From: Nannocystales bacterium
GTDB taxonomy: Bacteria; Myxococcota_A; Polyangia; Nannocystales; Nannocystaceae
Assembly: GCA_050633305.1 (NCBI GenBank)
Contig: JBOEGF010000043.1
Location: 32,001-96,000, forward strand
Reading direction: 5' to 3'
DNA length: 64,000 nucleotides
Numbering within the stretch: the stretch's first letter is position 1; the number at the start of each line of letters is the position of its first letter. A model generated the notes under the pieces. The model made no database searches and had not been told where the DNA came from. It worked only from the letters and a program-made list of their open reading frames with translations. The position numbers and the translations under genes were made by a program. Positions 57,965 through 64,000 of this stretch are shown here, one piece after another.

Positions 57965-59032
57965 ATGGCGTTCCGCTCGACGCTCCTCGCCGGCATCGTG
58001 GTTCTTGCTGGGTGCTCTTCACCACCCGCTCCGCCTTCACCCAAGGCGACTCCCGTTGCCGCTGAGGCGAAGCCTGGGCCTGAGCCGACGCCACAAACAG
58101 CATCCGCGGCACAAGCCGGAGCCGAGCCCGTGTCTGCGGACGCAGCCGCGAGTCAAGGCTCCGACGGCTGGCCAATCCCGAAGCCCGAGGTCTCGCAAGT
58201 GCCGTTGGTGGAGGACCGGGTCACCGTCGAGGCGACCGGGGCTGAGCCTCGCAGCACGCTGCGCTTCTCGCCCAAGGCTGGAGCGTCGAAGACCGTCGAG
58301 CTTGGGATGTCGATGCAGGTCGCGATGACGGTCGGGAGCAAGGCGATCGACCCCTCGGTGCTGCCCGTCGTAACGGTGCAGATGAAGGTGACGCCCGTGC
58401 CCGGCAAGGAGGGCGCGACCGCGTATGGCTACGAGGTCACCTCGGCTTCGCGTGAACCGATGGAAGGGGCGAGCGAGCGTCTTAAGAAGGCGATGGACAC
58501 CGCGGTCAGCGGGATGCGGGACACGCATGGAAGCCTCACGATCGACAGTCGAGGGCGACGCGTCGCTGCGGAGTACAAGCTCCCCGATGTGCCCACGCCC
58601 AACCTGCGCCCGAGCTTGGCTGGGTTTCAGCAGTCCTTCAGCCAGTTGTTCGTGGTGTTCCCCGAGGACACGGTGGGTGTCGGCGCGCGCTGGTCGAGCA
58701 CCAGCCATTTCGAGCTCAGCGGCATTCCGATCGAGCAGCGGGCGACGTACACGTTGCAGTCCCGGGATGGAGACGCGCTGACGCTCGCGGTGGCCTTCGA
58801 GCAGTCGGCCACGGGTCCCGCCGAGGCGCCCAGCAGCGTGGCGCTCGAGGGCACGCAGTTTGGCGCGCGGGGTTCGGGCATCCTTACGGTGCGGCTCGAC
58901 TCGCCGTTCCCGGTGGGGGCGAAGGCTCAGTCCCGATCGGTCGTGCAGTCCAGCGTTTCGCTCGGTGGGGCTCCCCAGCCGGTTGAGATGGATCTGCTCT
59001 CTTCATTGGCGACAACCGCGCGGGCCGAGTGA
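57965..59032 (+). CDS. Lipoprotein of unknown function
   Basis: Lipobox LAGC; Pro/Ala linker; GAEPRSTLRF, FPEDTVGVGARW. Confidence 0.72.
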   Translation: MAFRSTLLAGIVVLAGCSSPPAPPSPKATPVAAEAKPGPEPTPQTASAAQAGAEPVSADAAASQGSDGWPIPKPEVSQVPLVEDRVTVEATGAEPRSTLRFSPKAGASKTVELGMSMQVAMTVGSKAIDPSVLPVVTVQMKVTPVPGKEGATAYGYEVTSASREPMEGASERLKKAMDTAVSGMRDTHGSLTIDSRGRRVAAEYKLPDVPTPNLRPSLAGFQQSFSQLFVVFPEDTVGVGARWSSTSHFELSGIPIEQRATYTLQSRDGDALTLAVAFEQSATGPAEAPSSVALEGTQFGARGSGILTVRLDSPFPVGAKAQSRSVVQSSVSLGGAPQPVEMDLLSSLATTARAE

Positions 59033-59204
59033 GCAGGACCCGGGACCGATAGGCTCCCGGGTGCCCCGAGGTGGGATGGTGTGTCCCCTAAAGGGCGGAA
59101 ATGTACTCTGGGACGCCGAAATCGCAGCACAGTGCGGCATTTGGCGCGGTGACACGGGATCCCTGGTCCGATAGTGTGGCGGCGCCGTGCAACGTTCGCG
59201 TTCC

Positions 59205-60233
59205 ATGTCCGTCGTGTTCTCTGGGCTCCGCATGTTCGGCGCGGTCGCGCTCATCGGGGGGTTGGGGAGTGGCGTGCTCGGGTGCAATGGCGAACTCGCG
59301 CAGGCAGAGGCGCGGCCCAAGGTGCTGCGACCCCAGACCGTCGAGCTTTCCGAGGTCCCAGCGCCCGAACCCACGGTCCAGGCCCCGGACACCTACCGGC
59401 TCAAAGAAATGACCAAGACGGCCGTGGTCAAGCCGCTGGTGTCCTATCCGGAGCGGGACTTCGACCTTTCGGAGGTTCGGTGGACGGTGCCCCGAGCCAT
59501 GGGGATTGCGGATCTCGCCTCGCAGTGGGGTTTGTCCGCCAAGATGCTTCGCAAGCTCAACCCGGACTTGCGTGGTCACAAGCGGGTCCGAGAGGGAGAC
59601 GAGCTTCGGGTCTATGCGGAGGACCTCGCCGCGCCCACACGGAGCCTCGGTGCACCCAACCGCGGCAAACTCGAGGGTGGAGTGCCACTCCCCGAGGGCG
59701 ACTCGTGGCGCCTGCGTCAGCGCCGGGTTCGGGTCTACGGCGGCAAGGTCATGGTCGAGAGCCTGATGCAGGCATTCGAGGCCTACGGCGCGGCCTACTC
59801 GAACGCGCCCGAGGTTCGGCTCGGCGATCTCTCGGACCGCAACGGTGGTCGGCTCGCCCCACACAAGTCGCACCGCACGGGCCGCGACGTCGACATCGGC
59901 TACGTCCTGCTTCCCGAGACCCGCGGCGAGCGGTACTGGCAGCGCGCCGACGAGCAGAGCTTCGACGCCGAGAAAAACTGGTTCCTCGTGAAGGCGCTCG
60001 TCGAGACCGGCAACGTCCAGCAGATCTTCATGAGCGTTCGGTTGCAGAAGCTCATCATGCCGCTGGCGGAACGAGAGCTGTCCCCCGATCAAATGGCGCG
60101 CTACTTCCGTCGCGCCAACCCAGACCCGCGTAGCCCGTCCATCATCAAGCACTGGAAGGGCCACCTCGATCACATGCACGTCCGCTTCCGTTGCGAAGAA
60201 GGCAACGCCCGCTGCGTGTCGCGCTCGCGCTAG
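59205..60233 (+). CDS. MepA-like penicillin-insensitive murein endopeptidase with LysM
   Basis: LysM-like LASQWGLS..LRKLNP..GDELRV; SLGAPNRGKL; GDLS..GG..HKSHRTGRDVD; HLDHMHVR. Confidence 0.88.
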   Translation: MSVVFSGLRMFGAVALIGGLGSGVLGCNGELAQAEARPKVLRPQTVELSEVPAPEPTVQAPDTYRLKEMTKTAVVKPLVSYPERDFDLSEVRWTVPRAMGIADLASQWGLSAKMLRKLNPDLRGHKRVREGDELRVYAEDLAAPTRSLGAPNRGKLEGGVPLPEGDSWRLRQRRVRVYGGKVMVESLMQAFEAYGAAYSNAPEVRLGDLSDRNGGRLAPHKSHRTGRDVDIGYVLLPETRGERYWQRADEQSFDAEKNWFLVKALVETGNVQQIFMSVRLQKLIMPLAERELSPDQMARYFRRANPDPRSPSIIKHWKGHLDHMHVRFRCEEGNARCVSRSR

Positions 60234-60306
60234 ACGAGGCAGGCGCTGAGCGGCATGCCACGGCTGGTCTCGTGTACTGGAGGGCCGCCTCGGTAGCAGA
60301 CCGCCG

Positions 60307-60912
60307 TTAGTATCCGGCGGGGATGGTCCCGTGCAGGAAGCTGATCGTGTTGGGGTGCCACAGCCGGGACCAATGGGCGTCGGATGGCGACTGCGGGCTG
60401 CCGTCCTTGAGTCCTTCACGGGCCGACCAGCGCGGGGTTTGGCCCGGAGCCAAGGTGTGCAGTCCGCTCTGCCAGTGGCCGATGATGAACGTGTGACCCG
60501 CGATGCGGCACTGCATCCGCTCGGTGAAGCGTTGCGCGAATTCCTGACCGGGGACGCAACCCAGCGTTTCGCAGGTTCGAAACCACACCGTTGAGCGGCC
60601 TTGCGGCAGCAGTCGGTCAGCGATGCGGTCGAGCGCGGGGGCCCAGCGGTGATCCGACTTCAGGGCGCCCGCGTCGAACACCTGGCGGTCGACACGAGCG
60701 AGGCCCCACTTGCCGTGACCCCAGTACTGAATCTCGGAGATCGGAGTTTCCCCGCCCACGGTGCCGAGCCAGCGGAACGCATCGTCCCAACTGCTGACCC
60801 CGATCGCGTGGTCGATGCGGCCGAGCGCTCGGTACAAGACCTTGCCCGAACTCCACGCATGCGACAGCCCGGGGCGATAAGGTTTCCCCGTGCAGGTGCG
60901 GTCGTAGACCAT
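60307..60912 (-). CDS. Hypothetical protein, possible His-Cys (clan CD/DUF4347-like) fold
   Basis: IQYWGHG and WFRTCETLG segments. Confidence 0.6.
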   Translation of the reverse strand: MVYDRTCTGKPYRPGLSHAWSSGKVLYRALGRIDHAIGVSSWDDAFRWLGTVGGETPISEIQYWGHGKWGLARVDRQVFDAGALKSDHRWAPALDRIADRLLPQGRSTVWFRTCETLGCVPGQEFAQRFTERMQCRIAGHTFIIGHWQSGLHTLAPGQTPRWSAREGLKDGSPQSPSDAHWSRLWHPNTISFLHGTIPAGY

Positions 60913-60934
60913 CAGCCGAAGGCCGTCTGCTGGG

Positions 60935-62701
60935 TCAGCCAGCTTTGGACCCGCCTCTCACGCACAGGACGAGGTTGTCCCGGCCGCGGGTGACGACCCG
61001 ACTGCGCTTGGCGTACCAAACCAACGGCTGGTCACCGAAGGTGTCGGCTGGAGTTGCGGACCAGTAGTAGCCCCGCTTGGTCATCTGCGCTTGGGTCAGC
61101 GACATGAGCTCGCCGACCGCGGGCAAGCGCCAGGTGCTCAGACCTCCGAGCTCGAGGCCTCCGCAGTGCTCTTTGGCGGCTTCCCAAGACAGGGGACCCT
61201 CGGTGTTGGACACCAACAGCACGTCCAGCGCGCGGATGGCTCGGGTTCGCAGCGCGTGCCCGATCCGGGTCGGCCCCTCGCCGACGGCTTGCTGGGGTTC
61301 TTCGCCCGCGGGGAGGGAGTCCGGAGCGTCATCCTCGGCCTCCGGTGGTTTGGTGTCTGGGTCCGCGCGGCGACTTGAATCCTTGGCGGCCTCGGCCTCG
61401 GCCTTGGCGAGGGTCGTGTCGCCGTCGGCTTCGTCGTCGCTGCCACCGATCGCAAAGGCGACGATGGTCAGCAGCAGAAGCGCCGCTGCGCCCACACTGA
61501 TCCACAGCCATGGTGGCTGCTTCGCCTCACCCGAGTCGGTGGTGGTGTCGGTGGCCAGCACCGCCGCGGTGGCGCGGACCGTCCCTCCGGTGAGTTCGGG
61601 CGGGCCCAGAGTCGCCTCGCTCGGGGGGGGGGCAGCGGGTGGGGCTGGGGGTGGCGCTGGTCCGTCCTGGTCGTCGAGCCCCGCCGCGAGGAGCGTGTCG
61701 CGGCTGACGATCGCGGTGTCCCCGGTCCGGATCGCATCGAGCGTCGAACGTGGGATCACCGGAGTGACGGTGGTGCTGCCGGTGCGGACGGGAGGAGGCG
61801 CGGGCTGGCGCTCTGCCTCGCCGGCGTCCGCGTCATCGAGGTCGGCCAGGTCGTCGGGGCGGATCAGGGGCTCGACCGGCGGCTCTGCAAGGAGTGCATC
61901 GGGCTCCTCCTCCACGGCGGGGGTTAGGTTGGCGGGCGCCTCGGGCTCAAACGGGTCGTCTTCAACGTCGGTGGCGACCGGCGGCACCGTTTTGGGCTTG
62001 GGGATGGTGTTGGACGCTACGGGCGGAGGCGGAGGCGCGGCTGGTTTGGGCGTGGGAGCTCGCGTGGGGAGCGGGCCGGCGGTCTTGCTCGGGTCGGTTG
62101 GTGGAAGCCCGACCCGGGTCGAGGGTTGGGGAGCGGGAGCCCGCGCTGGCAGAGGGGCGGCAGGCTTGCCTGGGTCGGTCGGTGGAAGCCCGACCCGGGT
62201 CGAGCGGGAGACCCCGGGGGCGTCGGGCTGGGATTCGGCTTCGGCGCTGGAGGGGCCGGGGATCGGGGGCGGTTTGACGCCCAGCCGGGTCGTGCGGAGT
62301 GACGGCCCATCGGGAGAGACGCCCGACATTCGTCGCGCTTTGCCGCTCGCCAGCCGACGTAGACTCGCCCCGATGCGCTCTCGCAGCTCCCGCGGCCGGG
62401 TCGATGCGACGGTGAGTGTGCGCCCGAAGGGCACGTGATGGGCGAGCAGGATGTCTCGCAACTCGTCGACCGCGCTTCGCCCCAGTGCCTTGGATCGGCA
62501 CAGGACGTACAGCCCCTCGCCATGGAGACGCTCGACGGCTGGACCGAGCGATGCGGGGGAGGTCTCCACGCCCTCGAGCAGGGTGACGGTGTGTCCCTGG
62601 CCCTCCAGGTCCTCCACGACGGGGCGGATCGTGTCGCCATCCGCCCCAGCGCAGCAGATCACTACCGGTCCGGCTGTCGTCGGTGCGTCGCGATCCACCA
62701 T
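60935..62701 (-). CDS. Bitopic protein: TIR-like N-terminus, Pro-rich linker, TM, DUF1566 (Lcl-C)-like C-terminus
   Basis: LSWEAAKEHC..GLSTWRLPAVGEL..YYWSAT..VLCVR; TM WLWISVGAAALLLLTIVAFAI. Confidence 0.75.
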   Translation of the reverse strand: MVDRDAPTTAGPVVICCAGADGDTIRPVVEDLEGQGHTVTLLEGVETSPASLGPAVERLHGEGLYVLCRSKALGRSAVDELRDILLAHHVPFGRTLTVASTRPRELRERIGASLRRLASGKARRMSGVSPDGPSLRTTRLGVKPPPIPGPSSAEAESQPDAPGVSRSTRVGLPPTDPGKPAAPLPARAPAPQPSTRVGLPPTDPSKTAGPLPTRAPTPKPAAPPPPPVASNTIPKPKTVPPVATDVEDDPFEPEAPANLTPAVEEEPDALLAEPPVEPLIRPDDLADLDDADAGEAERQPAPPPVRTGSTTVTPVIPRSTLDAIRTGDTAIVSRDTLLAAGLDDQDGPAPPPAPPAAPPPSEATLGPPELTGGTVRATAAVLATDTTTDSGEAKQPPWLWISVGAAALLLLTIVAFAIGGSDDEADGDTTLAKAEAEAAKDSSRRADPDTKPPEAEDDAPDSLPAGEEPQQAVGEGPTRIGHALRTRAIRALDVLLVSNTEGPLSWEAAKEHCGGLELGGLSTWRLPAVGELMSLTQAQMTKRGYYWSATPADTFGDQPLVWYAKRSRVVTRGRDNLVLCVRGGSKAG

Positions 62702-62972
62702 CTCGATCGAATTTAGCACGGGGGTGCGTGTCGCCTCACATCCGAGCGTGACCGTCGGGCCGAAGCTGCGCGCGTGGCCAGGGGGACTGCGGGCCGAGCG
62801 ATCCCCCAGATCGCCCCTGAGGTCGGCGCAGGGGCTCGACAGACGCGATTTGGCGCATGCGGACCGAGAGCAAGAAAACGAGCCGAACGGCGATCGTTGT
62901 GGTAAGCCCGCCCCAGCAGAGCGCGTCGATTTCGCGCCTCCAGGACTGATCCAGGACACCCTCGAGACAACC

Positions 62973-63671
62973 ATGGCTGCTTCCAAAAGTTCTTCGCGGG
63001 GGCCCCTTTGGTCTTCGACCATCGGCCTCAAGGTGTTGATGGCCCTCACCGGGCTGGCAATGGTCGGCTTCGTGCTTGGCCACATGGCGGGACACCTTCA
63101 GGTGTTCGCCGGTCGCGACGCATACAACGCGTACGCGAAGTTCCTGCAGGGCCTTGGCGGCCTGTTGTGGGCAGCACGGCTCGGTCTGTTGGGAGCCATC
63201 GCGCTTCACGTGTTTGCGGCGATGAAGCTCAACGCGCGCAACTCGGACGCGCGACCCCAGGCCTACGCGGTCAAGACCAACAAGGCGACCACGCCCTACG
63301 CGATCTCGATGCTGTACTCCGGCTACACGATCCTCGCGTTCGTCGGGTACCATATCGCTCACTTCACGCTCGGCGCCGTCCACTCGCCGATCGAGACGTA
63401 CGGCCCCGCGGACGACGTGATCCACGACGTGTTCGCGAAGTTCGTCATCGACTTCCAAAACCCGGTGATCTTCCTGCTGTATGCGGCTGCGATGGTCGGC
63501 ATCGCAATGCACCTGTCCCACGCGGTCAGCAGCGTGTTCCGCACGCTCGGCGTCATGCGCGGCAAGTACCGCGAGCCGCTCTCCAAAGTGGGCCCCGCGG
63601 TGGGCTACGTGACCGCGATTGGCTTCCTCATCCCTCCTGCCGCATGCCTGTTGGGCATCGTGACGGTCTGA
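62973..63671 (+). CDS. sdhC: Succinate dehydrogenase/fumarate reductase cytochrome b subunit
   Basis: [29 protein letters not shown]; directly upstream of the flavoprotein gene. Confidence 0.93.
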   Translation: MAASKSSSRGPLWSSTIGLKVLMALTGLAMVGFVLGHMAGHLQVFAGRDAYNAYAKFLQGLGGLLWAARLGLLGAIALHVFAAMKLNARNSDARPQAYAVKTNKATTPYAISMLYSGYTILAFVGYHIAHFTLGAVHSPIETYGPADDVIHDVFAKFVIDFQNPVIFLLYAAAMVGIAMHLSHAVSSVFRTLGVMRGKYREPLSKVGPAVGYVTAIGFLIPPAACLLGIVTV

Positions 63672-63702
63672 GCCCCACGCGCACCAAAAGGAGCGACGAC
63701 GC

Positions 63703-64000
<298 letters not shown>

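Overview
GC-rich, densely coding bacterial chromosome segment. It most likely comes from a myxobacterium of the Nannocystaceae (Plesiocystis/Enhygromyxa-like), inferred from the many Cys-rich and Ser/Thr/Gly-rich lipoproteins, a MYXO-CTERM tail and a TLEDWTD-filter ion channel. Housekeeping genes (fmt 3' end, rpsI, rplM, nadK, recN, a relA-type RSH, dusB, nspC plus carboxynorspermidine synthase, truA, murJ, upp, sdhC, sdhA 5' end, RNase P RNA) are interspersed with secreted or lipoprotein genes of unknown function. I saw no CRISPR array, tRNA, rRNA, transposase, integrase or prophage, and no clear-cut multi-gene novel system. The best leads are: a compact family A DNA polymerase with a largely deleted thumb and a degenerate exonuclease; a membrane-spanning TIR-like/DUF1566 protein followed by a candidate His-Cys protease; a possible MACPF/gasdermin-like lipoprotein; a RelA-type (EFDD, dead HD) enzyme; a ~190-nt structured intergenic element; and a lipoprotein-anchored FAH enzyme with a beta-barrel partner. 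All family calls come from motif recognition by eye, not database searches. Start codons were adjusted by hand where the ORF track over-extends.
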